Assembly: GCA_963809485.1 (NCBI GenBank)
Contig: CAWEJX010000004.1
Location: 256,001-320,000, forward strand
Source: an uncultured Acidobacteriota bacterium
GTDB taxonomy: Bacteria > Acidobacteriota > UBA6911
Length of the DNA: 64,000 nucleotides
Direction: 5' to 3'
The first letter of the stretch is position 1, and each line of letters opens with the position of its first letter. Below, piece by piece: positions 53,544 through 63,934 of this stretch. The notes below the pieces were generated by a model, which did no database searches, was not told the DNA's origin, and was given only the letters and a program-made list of their open reading frames with translations. The translations under genes were made by a program, and so were the position numbers.

Positions 53544-53837
53544 CTAGATCTGATGTATTTCGCCGGTGGCCTTGTTTTTCCAGTAGCCTCTCGCCTGAAG
53601 GGGCCAGTTAAATTCAATGGCGCCGGGGCGCGGGCAATCGTTGGCGCAGCAGCCGCAGTACCAACACTCTTCCGGATGCAGGATAATCGGCGGTTGTCCT
53701 TTCTTTGGATTAGGAACAAAGACATCTATCTGACAGACCTCAACACAATGGTTACAGCCGTTGCATTTATCCGTGAAAAGCACCGGGTTATTCGGTGTCT
53801 GGGGGTTCGGCATAGCTTTTATTTTCTTTGTTGCCAT
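53544..53837 (-). CDS. 2x[4Fe-4S] ferredoxin, AprB-like beta subunit
   Basis: CNGCNHCVEVC and ECWYCGCCANDCP, directly downstream of the flavoprotein gene. Confidence 0.88.
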   Translation of the reverse strand: MATKKIKAMPNPQTPNNPVLFTDKCNGCNHCVEVCQIDVFVPNPKKGQPPIILHPEECWYCGCCANDCPRPGAIEFNWPLQARGYWKNKATGEIHQI

Positions 53838-53890
53838 CTTTTCCTCCGATATTCAGTCCATATTCGAAGACACTGTGCGTGTTCAAATAC

Positions 53891-55834
53891 CTATTTCTCT
53901 TTATAGACGCCGGTGTAATCTTTGTTGTGGGCTTCATACTTTTTCTGCATGTTGCCCCAGAAGGTCATCGGCAGGAAACCGGTCACGATCTTGCCGTCCA
54001 CCTGCTTGATGGTGAGCCACTTCTTCCATTCCGGCGGGTCAAGCTCCGGGTAGTCTATGCGGCGGAGGTTAAGCGGCATGCTGCTGGCCTTGCGCGCCTT
54101 CATGGCCTGGATGACAATTTTCGCCACGTTCAATATGCTGACATCCTCCAGGCTGCGCATCAGTTTATGCGGATCCATCGCATAAAGCATGGGCACGGAT
54201 TCCGCCTCTATCTTATCCAGGGCCTGGAGGGCCATATTGAACATCCTCTCAGTCTTGAATTCGCTAACGTAATACTGCATTACGCGGTTAATACCGATGT
54301 TTAGCTCCTTCCATTCCAGGCCGCTGGTCCGTTTGGTCGGGGCCAGAATGCGGGCCTTTTCTTTCGCAATCTGCCCGCGGGAGACCTTGCCCTGCTTTAT
54401 TTCCCTGGCGTAAGCGACTGCCTTGCGCCCGGCATATCGGCCAGTGGCCGCGCAGAAGCTATGGTCTTCCGGCGAGAACATGGAACCCCCGGCGGCGTAC
54501 AGCCCGTCGAGCGAGGTCTTCAGATTCCAGTCCACAACAAGAGCACCGCTTCCCGCTGCTTCGCCCCACTGTGGGAGGCTTCTGCCTTCGATGAATTTGT
54601 AGCTCTGGAGCAGGTCGCGGCTTCCGTCGTAGCCGTGCTTGTTCAGCTGGTCGATGATGATCCTGGTGGTTGACTCTTCGCCAAGCATCAGGTTCCAGGT
54701 GGCTCTTCTTTCCACATCGCTCATGGCGGGGAAATCGCCGTAGAAGGGCAGTTCATACTCGCCTTTCATGACGCCTTCACGGATTTTATCTTCCGCGCCG
54801 AACATCGGGACCATGGCGCCCCAGTCTTCCCAGCCCTGGGTGGGCAGCGGAAGCCGTTTGCCTTTGGCATCTATCAGCGGGACGTTTTCGTAGCTGGCAT
54901 CTCCGGCGCCGGAATACCACTTGTGCTTGAAACCGGTGGCGATCATGAGTTGCCCGGAAGCTTCCATCTTGGTCAGTTCCGCTCCGGCATTCCAGGCCAT
55001 AACGATGCCTTCGCCGGTGGCTGTGCGGGACATCATGCTGGAATACCCGCAAAGCTCCGTGTTGAAGTGCCATATGCCGCCGCCGCCGGCCGCGCCAAGG
55101 ATGGTTGCTTTTGCCTTGAAGATTATTACCTGGCCGGTACGGCTGCTGAAACCCATAGCACCGACGACCCTGCCGCCCTGGACGCCATTTTCCGTAAGCA
55201 AGGCAGTGGCCATAACGCGGTCAAAGATTTTGACGCCGAGGCGTTTGCACTCTTTTTTCAGGGCGGGCTTGAATGTGCTGCCCCAGACCCTGATGACGAC
55301 GTTATTCAGTTTTTCGCCATCTTTAGGCGGGCCGATTTTTTCATAATCCAATACATAGCTGTGGACTTTGGTATAACGGGGCGAAATCATCAGCTTGGTC
55401 TTGTCATCCCGGCCTTTGGCGCCTTTGTATTCATCCTTGGTATCGCGGATTTTGCCTCCCATCATCTCCATTTCCTGGAGCGTGTCCCAGTCCTCGCGGC
55501 ACTGGATCTGAATGCCGATACCGTTGCAGTAAGGCCGGCCTGCCATATGTATGGCCCATTCATCGGGATCCACATTGGATAGAGGGTTGGCCGGCGCATT
55601 GCACCAGTGGTCGCAGCCCGGACCGCCGGCGCCGCTGCGCTGCACATCAGCCTTTTCCACCAGCGCAACGCTTAACCCAGACCGTGCCGCGCTGATGGCC
55701 GCCCAGCAGCCGCCGATTCCGCCGCCGACCACCAGGATGTCGGTCACGATTTCCTGGTCCTCGTCATATTTAATAGGATACGGCCAGTCAGGCGGGCCTC
55801 CTTGTTCCTGCACATAGTCATGCCATCTTGTCAT
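53891..55834 (-). CDS. FAD-binding protein of the APS reductase alpha / fumarate reductase flavoprotein superfamily (AprA-like)
   Basis: VVGGGIGG, VEKA--RSGA, GLYAAG, and C-terminal ARKAS...RIDYPE helical domain. Confidence 0.85.
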   Translation of the reverse strand: MTRWHDYVQEQGGPPDWPYPIKYDEDQEIVTDILVVGGGIGGCWAAISAARSGLSVALVEKADVQRSGAGGPGCDHWCNAPANPLSNVDPDEWAIHMAGRPYCNGIGIQIQCREDWDTLQEMEMMGGKIRDTKDEYKGAKGRDDKTKLMISPRYTKVHSYVLDYEKIGPPKDGEKLNNVVIRVWGSTFKPALKKECKRLGVKIFDRVMATALLTENGVQGGRVVGAMGFSSRTGQVIIFKAKATILGAAGGGGIWHFNTELCGYSSMMSRTATGEGIVMAWNAGAELTKMEASGQLMIATGFKHKWYSGAGDASYENVPLIDAKGKRLPLPTQGWEDWGAMVPMFGAEDKIREGVMKGEYELPFYGDFPAMSDVERRATWNLMLGEESTTRIIIDQLNKHGYDGSRDLLQSYKFIEGRSLPQWGEAAGSGALVVDWNLKTSLDGLYAAGGSMFSPEDHSFCAATGRYAGRKAVAYAREIKQGKVSRGQIAKEKARILAPTKRTSGLEWKELNIGINRVMQYYVSEFKTERMFNMALQALDKIEAESVPMLYAMDPHKLMRSLEDVSILNVAKIVIQAMKARKASSMPLNLRRIDYPELDPPEWKKWLTIKQVDGKIVTGFLPMTFWGNMQKKYEAHNKDYTGVYKEK

Positions 55835-56484
55835 GGACGAACCTCCTTGTTATCCGGTAACCGTTTGTTTTATGCATGTTCAGTTTTCATGAATCTCTTC
55901 TGCCATGGTCCGTACGTGTCCGAAATACCTTCATCAACACGCGCCCCGGCGGTGAGAATATTGGCAGACAGGAAAAATTATCCGCGGTATTGCGGAATTC
56001 TTCCCCTGTTGAGGCCGCACTCACTTACTGATTCAGCACGTTGTGAAAATTATCGGGATGTCTTCCGGATCTTCGGAGTGAGATTTTAATACAAATTGGA
56101 ACGGGAAACGCTGAATTTTGTGTGCTTTCCCCTTTCCGCTGCTTCCGGCCTCCGTTATGATCGGAACATTACCTGATAGTTGAAGGCGCAACCCGATACC
56201 GGAACATCCAGCGTTGGAGAAAGGGAAAATGGACTGGAGTGGGCGAGTGCTGAAGGACGGCCTTATGCTTGATCCCCCATGCAGAATGATCGCCGCCGAG
56301 GCTGGTTTCCGCGCAATTATGTTTGGTATATCATGGCAAAAACGAAACCCTTCGCTGGTTCCGTCTAAAGGCCTGAGGCGAAACAGACGTGAAAGCCGCA
56401 GAAAGACATGACATCAACGCGGAGTACAACGTCGAAGCCGAATTTTATCGACGGAAAATATCCGTTCCGAAAGGATATTGCTCA

Positions 56485-57039
56485 ATGAACGATCTCAAGT
56501 ATGAAAAACTGGTATATCGGTTCCAGCCGGAATACCTGGCCAGGTCCATCGACGGCAAGGAAATCCGGGACGGGATCCCTCGTGCCTATTTCAGGGGCGC
56601 CTGTCAGATTCCCGGGTCGCAGTTCAACGTCGGCTATGGGTTGATCACGGGTCCGGTGCTGCTCGATCCCTATCCGCATAAGCATCAGGCGGACGAATAC
56701 CTGGTTTTCGGCGCCGGCTCACTGGACAATGCGTTCGATTGGGACGCTCATGTCGAGTTTACGCTCGGCCTGGGCGACGATGCCGAGAAGTATGATATCG
56801 ACCAGCCCACGATCGTCCGGATCCCCGCCGACACCTGGCATTGCCCGCTGAACTTCGTGCGGATCGGGAAACCCGTGTTTTTCCAGGTCGCGCTGATGCA
56901 GGGCATGTTCGGCGGCACCTACATGATGCCCGAGGGCACCCGTGAAATCGCCTATAACGGACAGATCGAGTGCATCATGGAGCCGGGCAAGAATTGCGAC
57001 TGCTGCCAGAAGTGTCTTTCGATGGACTGGAGAAAGTAG
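56485..57039 (+). CDS. Cupin-like protein with C-terminal Cys cluster
   Basis: PHKHQADEYL, IPADTWHCPL and tail CIMEPGKNCDCCQKCL. Confidence 0.75.
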   Translation: MNDLKYEKLVYRFQPEYLARSIDGKEIRDGIPRAYFRGACQIPGSQFNVGYGLITGPVLLDPYPHKHQADEYLVFGAGSLDNAFDWDAHVEFTLGLGDDAEKYDIDQPTIVRIPADTWHCPLNFVRIGKPVFFQVALMQGMFGGTYMMPEGTREIAYNGQIECIMEPGKNCDCCQKCLSMDWRK

Positions 57040-57222
57040 CGGCTCCAGCGGAAATATGAGAGAAGTCATAAAAGGCTCCGCGTCGCTTTAGAGTGGTCTC
57101 CCTGTCAAAGACAATTTGCAGAAGAGCCTGGTCACGACCTCTCATTTGATCCATGCTCGCGCCGCCGGAAATATAAAGGCCCTCCTTCAACTCAATGCCG
57201 ACATACCGCGCAAATCCTTCAG

Positions 57223-58294
57223 CTATTCGCCTGGATTGCACTTTCTCACCGCTTTTGCCACTTTCTTCCAGCGCTCCTTTTCCACCCAGCTCGCGCTATG
57301 GGTTTTTTTTAGCTCGATATAATGTGCCTCATTGCGAATTTTGAAATAGTTGGCCAATCGACGCGCGTCCAGCTCATCCTGGAGAACCGCAGCCCGGACG
57401 CGGCAGCCCGGCTCGCTTTGATGGCTGCAATCCCGGAAGCGGCATCCCTCCGCAAGAGCCTTGATATCTTCGAAAGCCGTATCGAGGCCCCCATCAACGG
57501 ACCAGACCTGAAGCTCCCGCATTCCGGGCGTATCCATGATCAGGCCGCCGGAGGGGAGAAGAAAAAGCTGCCGGGCGGAAGTGGTATGCAACCCTCGCCC
57601 GGTATATGAGTCGGTTTCGCGAACTTCCTGAGCGGATCGCCCGAGCAACCGGTTCACAATGGACGATTTGCCAACCCCTGAAGATCCCAGGAAGGCAATG
57701 GTTTGTCCTCGTTCGTTGTAGTTCAGAATATCCTCAATCCCCCAGCCCGCAGTTGCACTTACGGCAAGCACGGGGACTCCAGGAGCCAGAGACCTTGCCT
57801 CCCTGATGCGGCCGGAGACTTCGGGGCAGATGTCCGCTTTGTTCAGGACTATCACAGGACGGGCGCCGCTCTCCCATGCAATGGCAAGATACCGCTCCAT
57901 CCGGCGTGGATTGAAATCGGAATCGAGTCCGCTTACCAGGCACACGGTGTCGATGTTGGACACAATCACCTGTCGATCCACGGCGGTCCCCGCCTGTTTT
58001 CTCGAGAAGGAGGTTCTGCGCGGCAGGACAAATCGTATGACCGTACGGTCGCTGCCCGCGGGATTGTCCACCAGCACCCAATCCCCGCACGCCGGCAGAT
58101 CTCCTGGGTCTAGGGCGACCATGCCTGAGCGCCCCGCCGATCTCCGCCCACAACTCTCCGCCCTCCGAGATGAGGCGGTACATTCCCCTGCCCTGAAATG
58201 ACACGCGGGCCGGAGCGAGATTGTCATTCCGATAATTCGCGCAATGGTTTTCGAAGAAGGAGTTCCAACCAAAATCCTCTAGATTCAATGCCAT
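57223..58294 (-). CDS. rsgA: Ribosome small subunit-dependent GTPase A, frameshift near 58125
   Basis: MALNLEDFGW...ARV start in one frame. PACGDWV, NKAD, GSSGVGKS, HTT, DTPG and the Zn motif CRFRDCSH--EPGC are in another. Confidence 0.9.
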
Positions 58295-58890
58295 ATCCTC
58301 TTGGAAATTGCGCAGACCGTCATGAACGCAGGCAAGTCCTGGTTCAAAAAATGGACATGAGAAACTGGGAAACAGTCTGTGCGGATTTTGAGTCAAGAGT
58401 GCGCACACGTATCCGCAATGTTATCGGATCGCGCACTCGCTCGACGCATTGAATTTAGAGGACAATCATAGGCTACCAGTGGCTATGCTACCACTGTCGT
58501 ATTTGGTCAACAAGCGGGAATGAAATGAGAAAGAAACAAAATGATGTTTATCTACCAGGGGTACGGCAGGGGCAAGAATAAAGAGAGGCGGATAGTATTA
58601 CCCAAAGGAAAATCATGGGAATGAAAGCAACCTCAAGAGAATAAGTAAAACTGACCTCAGCTTCTCAGCTCCGGCGCCCGGCTCATTATGGTGGATATAG
58701 TGATGGAAGGCGCTGGCTAATGATTCCGGCTTATGCCGTATGCGAAGCCATTCTGATTATTGCCGGAATCGGATTTCTCAAGCGTGAGACCGATGAAATG
58801 ATGCCTTACAAAAGGTTCTTCATCCTTTTGTGGATCAGAAAATCCCTCCTGGATGCTGCAGTGTCTATTTCATACGAGGCATGAAAAATC

Positions 58891-58945
58891 CTGGAAATTT
58901 CCAATTTCAAATTTCCAATTGGATTAGATGGTAATTGGAATTAAT
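58891..58945. repeat. AT-rich short-unit (AATTTCC) repeat/hairpin downstream of the third XDH-family gene
   Basis: GGAAATTTCCAATTTCAAATTTCCAATT...AATTGGAATT. Confidence 0.5.
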
Positions 58946-58961
58946 CAATTTTTTCTGCGTT

Positions 58962-61369
58962 TTATATTTTCCCAAGCGCCTTCAGGACTTTATCCGGAGT
59001 CGTCGGATAATCCAGGACCCATTTGCCTGTCGCATTGTGGATCGCGGAGACGGTGACTCCCGACATGCTGGCCCCGATGTTTTCGCCAATGCCACAGGCG
59101 CCATAGGCTGCGTATCCCAAGTGGCTTTCGTTGATCAGGCACTGGGTGTCCGGATAGTCATTCATCGTCCCTATGTGGTACCCGATCAAATCGTAATTGA
59201 GGGCTACTCCGGTGCGGGGACAGAAGATATGCTCCTCGGTGCCGCTTCGGCCCAGCCCCATAACAGCGCCGCCGTATTGCTGGGCATAGGCTCCTTCGGG
59301 ATTGAACAGGTGGCCGACATCGTTGACGCAGACTATATTGGTCACATCGACCATTCCCGTTTCGGTGTCTACCTCGACTTCGATGAAGTGCGCCTGCCTG
59401 GGCATCGCATACGATTGAGGGTCCGGTCGTCCCGTCGGATTCATATCCATGGACGCTGCCGGGTACAGGAGGATGGAAGATTGCAGGATCCTGCGCCCAC
59501 CAAGTATCCGCCACCTCTCTCACTGTCTTTCGGTTGCCTGGGTTCGCTTTCTCGAAAACCATGCTGTCTTTGATATCCAGATCTTCGGGCTTCTTATTGG
59601 GGAAGAGGGAAGGCTGTGCAGGACTGGCAAACAAAGCCGGCCTCGGCCTTACGGCGTATTCAAGAATTTTCTGCTTTAATTCTCTGGCGGCGGGGATTAG
59701 CTGGGTATTGATATAACATGTTCCAAAGGAACCTCCCGGTTGCCAGAGGTGGTAATTCGTATTGTCGGAACGGCGCTCCAGTATGACAGTATCTTCGTAC
59801 TTGAGTCCGGCTTCCGAGGCTACCGCAAGACGCGCGCCCGACTCCGTATCGACCCCCATATCGCTGCGGGCTCCTATAATCGCGGCTTTACCCTCGACGC
59901 AGCGTAACGCATGCGAAGGAGCTGCCGGGAGTGGGCGCGTGCCAGTGCCATTCATTCACGTGGATGAAACCAAGCCCATGCATTTTTCCGTTCGGGAGCT
60001 TTTTGGTTCCGGGCGGATGCCATTTCTCATCCCATCCTATCGCCTTCTTGCCTTTGTCGAGTACTTCCTTGAGGCTCCATCTTTGGGGGAATCCATTTTC
60101 CTTCTGGTACCGCGTGACCCATTCCCAGTCATGGCCGGCGCAGCCGTCGTTTTTCAGGGCGACTTCTGTCGGGTCCAACCCCATTTCCGCAGCAACACGG
60201 GCAAACATTACGTTGTGCGGGACGCAGGTATGGGATCCATGCCGGAAACACATATTGTGCCCTGTATTGACCAGAGCCCATTCCTGTGTGCCCAGGATGT
60301 TGGGAATTTTGGTGCTGACACGCGTCTTATCAATCGCGGGATTTCGAATCCCAAGCATGTGCCAATGCAACGAGGTGATAGTGCCGTCCTTCTTGACTCC
60401 AACCTTGCACCTATAGGTCCCTGCATCGTCGCCGCCGCAGTAATAGCCGCTCTCGTCCCAAAGCAGTTTCACGGGTTTCCCCGCCGCTCTTTTGGCGAGG
60501 ATCGCGGTGAGGCGGATAAAGGCATAGGAGTAGGAAAGCCATGAAAAGCCGCCGTACCACGAACCCTGGTAGGGCATCGTGACGGTGATCTTGGCCCACT
60601 CGGCAAGAGGAGCTCGGGGCTTTTCACGGACCGTGTTCGGAGTGGTAACCGTAGCTTGAGGAAGATCCTGGTGATGAACCCAGAGATCGAGAAAATCGCC
60701 TCTCCACTGGGCAACGCACACAATGGGCTCAACACCTGCCGGCGTATTCCGGGCGCGAGTGATGGTGTATTCAATCACTTTGTCGGCTTCCGCGAAACCT
60801 TTCTCGACATTGCCGAATTCGGCGCGATCGGTCAGAACCGTATTGGGCTCTTTGGCCTTCGGGTTCATGAACTTCACCTCAGGCATGATCTTTGGCGCGT
60901 CCGGCTTGAGGGATTCCGCCATATCGAGGATGAACGGCCGTTCTTCCCATTCTATTTTCAGGAGCCGCAGCGCGCGGTCGCATATTTCTTCGGTGTCGGC
61001 CACGACCACGACACCCATCGGGTGCTGGAAGAATTCGGAGGTCCGGGGCAGGGTCAGCAGGTTGTAGTTGCGGGAAACCTCAAAGCCCGGCAGGGTCTCG
61101 TTGTCGAACTCGATGTCCGGGTCATCGTATCTCAAGATGTCCCGCACGCCCACGAGAGCTTCGGCCTGGCTCGTGTCAATGCTCTTGATGCGCGCATGCG
61201 CGTAGGGGGAAAGGAGGATTTTCGCGTAGAGCATTCCGGGGAGATTGACATCTCTTGTAAAAACCGCCTGTCCGCTGACTCTCTCGAATGCGTCCTGCCG
61301 GTTGATCGTGCGGCTCATGTCTTTGCTGGTTTCGGGTATTTTCCACGTCCATGGTCGATATTCCACCAT
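58962..61369 (-). CDS. Xanthine dehydrogenase-family molybdopterin-binding subunit, frameshifted near 59890 and 59455
   Basis: Pieces 59888-61369, 59158-59955 and 58962-59450. MLYAKILLSPYAHA, EVEVDTETG, GIGE and PTTPDKVLKALG. Confidence 0.87.
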
Positions 61370-61469
61370 CTCAAGCCTCCGTTGACGGTCTCAGCCCTGC
61401 TCTGGTTTTCGCTTCGCCAGATTGTACATTGGGACAGGCGAGGCATTGTACAATTTTCGCGCTGAGGAC

Positions 61470-61701
61470 GGATTGCGGTGGCACCGGCGAGCCGGCAGTG
61501 GCCTTGCTCTCGTCGTAGTTGGCGTGGTTGGGCGGAACTGTGCCATCGGCATTCAACCAAACCGGGTCGCAATGGCGAGGTGATCTTGAGCTTCGCCAGC
61601 ATTTGCTGATGATCGGAGTTGCCCTCGGCGGGCTGGGCCGCGATGCCAACCATTGGAACCGCACTCAACATGGCGAGCACGGTAAGCGTTGCGGCTTTCA
61701 T
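61470..61701 (-). pseudogene. N-terminal relic of a secreted acetylxylan/glucuronoyl-esterase-like protein
   Basis: Signal peptide, DHQQML-KL-IT-LRPG, then PNHANYDESKA in a shifted frame, cut off just before the XDH gene. Confidence 0.55.
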
Positions 61702-61708
61702 CTCCCGT

Positions 61709-62695
61709 TCACCGTGCCGGAAAATTCTTCCGTTCGATGGTCCACTTCTCATCCGTGCACAGGCCGCATTGGTCGCCCACGAAGCGGGCAGCGGCCTTGG
61801 CATCACCGCGCAATTGCCAGTTCAGCCAGTCCACCGCTACCTGCGCGGCGGCGCCACCATTGGGCTCGTGGTAGGTGCCGCCATGACCTACAGGCAGGTT
61901 GGCCACTGCGACGGGAACATGGTCGATCAGGTGGAAGTCTTCCATGCCATTTTTATAGGCGACGTCGGTCGGCCCACCCAGTATGTAGAGAACGGGCGTG
62001 TGATAGGTCTTCACCGTCGACTTGGGTACCTTGAGGCCGGGCATGGTGGCGCGCTCACCGTCATAGGTGCCCGTGTTCTGCATGATCAAGGTCTTCACGC
62101 GCGGGTCCCTGGCGACCAGAGCCGCCTGCAGGCCTCCACAGCTGAAGCCCGAGACAGCCACCTGTTGCGGATCAATGCGCCCGAAATACGGGCTGCCCTG
62201 ACGGGTGTTCTCGGCCAGCGCCCAGTCGATGGCTTTGGTGAGATCCGATGTTTCGGTGCGCGGGAAAGGCTTTTGCTCCGTGGTAGCTGCATGTGCGCCC
62301 GGGCCACTGAGTATGCGACCGGAGGCAATCACCAGATAACCGTGGGACGCCAGCTCGAGCAGATGAAAGCGGGTGCTAGCCGCATCGTCCGAACAGCCGC
62401 CGTTTCCCCACGCGACCACTCCCAGCTTCTGCGAACCCATCGCCGCCAAGTTGGCCGGTCGATACACCACATGCCGGGGGAGCGCGGGAATCTCCTCCTT
62501 CATCGCCGGGTAGGCGCCGGTTCCCGGGGTGTCCGGACTGTTGTTCTGTCCCGTTCCTGGCGGACCCATCGCTGCCCGATTGGGCCCACCGGCGCGGGGC
62601 GCAGGTGGCTGCTGGGCAGTGACTGCCTGCGCGCCGAGCAGAGCGCCAGCCAGGACCATGATGGTTATCACACGGTTTGCCGCGCAAATGATCAT
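61709..62695 (-). CDS. Secreted alpha/beta hydrolase (chlorophyllase/cutinase-like)
   Basis: WGNGGC, LASHGYLVIA, nucleophile elbow GFSCGG, D in GGPTDVA and H in VGHGG. Confidence 0.85.
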   Translation of the reverse strand: MIICAANRVITIMVLAGALLGAQAVTAQQPPAPRAGGPNRAAMGPPGTGQNNSPDTPGTGAYPAMKEEIPALPRHVVYRPANLAAMGSQKLGVVAWGNGGCSDDAASTRFHLLELASHGYLVIASGRILSGPGAHAATTEQKPFPRTETSDLTKAIDWALAENTRQGSPYFGRIDPQQVAVSGFSCGGLQAALVARDPRVKTLIMQNTGTYDGERATMPGLKVPKSTVKTYHTPVLYILGGPTDVAYKNGMEDFHLIDHVPVAVANLPVGHGGTYHEPNGGAAAQVAVDWLNWQLRGDAKAAARFVGDQCGLCTDEKWTIERKNFPAR

Positions 62696-63289
62696 TGATA
62701 GCCCCCCAATGTGTATTGCCCCGCCCGGATTGTAAGGCGGATATTCCTGCCGCACTTGACGATAGGAAGAATGAACATGTTTTTTCAGAAACCTAATAGC
62801 CTCTTCCTGTGCCGCTTCTGGACCTTTGAGCTGCTTTACCTCCTGATTGTACTACCCTCGTTAAAAGACCCACCTATAGAAATTGAATCTGGAGCCGCCC
62901 CCCCAAATAAACCTTCGCCAATCAAGGCTCCAGCCCTCCCCGCTGACACCTACATCGAAATCCAGCCAGCCCTATCCCCTAATCCCTCCTGACTGTGAAT
63001 GATTTACAAACGCCCGAGTTTTTCTGAGGTATGCTGAGTTTCTTTGAAGCTGCCACCAGAACTGCCACCAAAGATGAAGTATCATTTCATTTGAAATTCT
63101 CAAATGGCTGGGTGTTAGGGACGCGTTTCGCAACTGAATGCTGGAAACGGTTTGATTCCAATTTTTGATAAGCTGACAATAAGTCCAAGTGGCAGGGAAC
63201 AGGGTATGTGAAACTTCCTCGAACGGGACTTATGGCTCGGAATGCAAACCCAAACCGGCCCCCGGTCTCCCATGCTCGGCAGGGATCTA

Positions 63290-63318
63290 TTGACACTTGT
63301 CACGTGACAGATTACACT
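63290..63318 (+). promoter_or_regulatory. sigma70 promoter of higBA with internal palindromic operator
   Basis: TTGACA(63290)-17 nt-TACACT(63313). Perfect palindrome TGTCACGTGACA at 63298-63309. The GTG start is 7 nt after the -10 box. Confidence 0.78.
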
Positions 63319-63325
63319 TCTCGTT

Positions 63326-63607
63326 GTGATCAAGACATTTGCCGATCGACACACTCGGGACTTGTACGTGCAAGGAAAGTCGAAGCGATTCCCGCCTGAA
63401 ATCACCCGAAGGGCGATACGGAAGCTCGAGTACGTGGATCTGGCGACTGGGCTTGACGATTTGAAGGTACCTCCAAGCAACCGGCTGCATGAACTGGAGC
63501 GGGAGAGAAACGGACAGTTTTCAATCTCCGTAAACGATCAGTGGCGTATCTGCTTCCGGTTCGTGGACGGCGATGCCTTTGATGTCGAACTCACAGATTA
63601 TCATTAG
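63326..63607 (+). CDS. higB: HigB-type RelE/ParE toxin
   Basis: MIKTFAD...LKVPPSNRLHEL...SISVNDQWRICFRF...DYH. Confidence 0.93.
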   Translation: MIKTFADRHTRDLYVQGKSKRFPPEITRRAIRKLEYVDLATGLDDLKVPPSNRLHELERERNGQFSISVNDQWRICFRFVDGDAFDVELTDYH

Positions 63608-63618
63608 GTCACATTTTT

Positions 63619-63934
63619 ATGAGCATTGAAAACACGCGAGAAAGAAAGATCCGCCCAACGCATCCTGGCGAAATGCTACGGGAGGATTTCTTGACAGATT
63701 ACGGGCTGACCGTATCGAGGGCTAGCGAAGGCATTAGGGGTTTCGCGCCAGACTGTCAACGAACTGCTTCGAGAGCGGCGCGCTGTCACGCCGGAGATGG
63801 CTCTTCGGCTTGCGCGCCTGTTCGGCAACACGCCGGAGTTCTGGCTCAATGCTCAGCGTGCAGTCGATCTCTGGGATGCCGAGAGAGCTCTCAAGAAAAG
63901 CGTCCAACGGATCAAACCCCTCACCGCGGCATAG
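63619..63934 (+). CDS. higA: HigA antitoxin (HTH), apparent one-base insertion near 63720
   Basis: PTHPGEMLREDFL, then in a shifted frame LAKALGVSRQTVNELL...TPEMALRLARLFGNTPEFWLNAQ, ending at TAG 63932-63934. Confidence 0.88.

Noticed and set aside
53891-55834. Calling the gene aprA and inferring sulfate reduction
   Set aside because: Only superfamily-level similarity is visible and no supporting pathway genes are in the window.
57223-58294. Programmed ribosomal frameshifting in rsgA or other split genes
   Set aside because: I saw no consistent slippery sites, and breaks occur in many unrelated genes, which fits sequencing error better.
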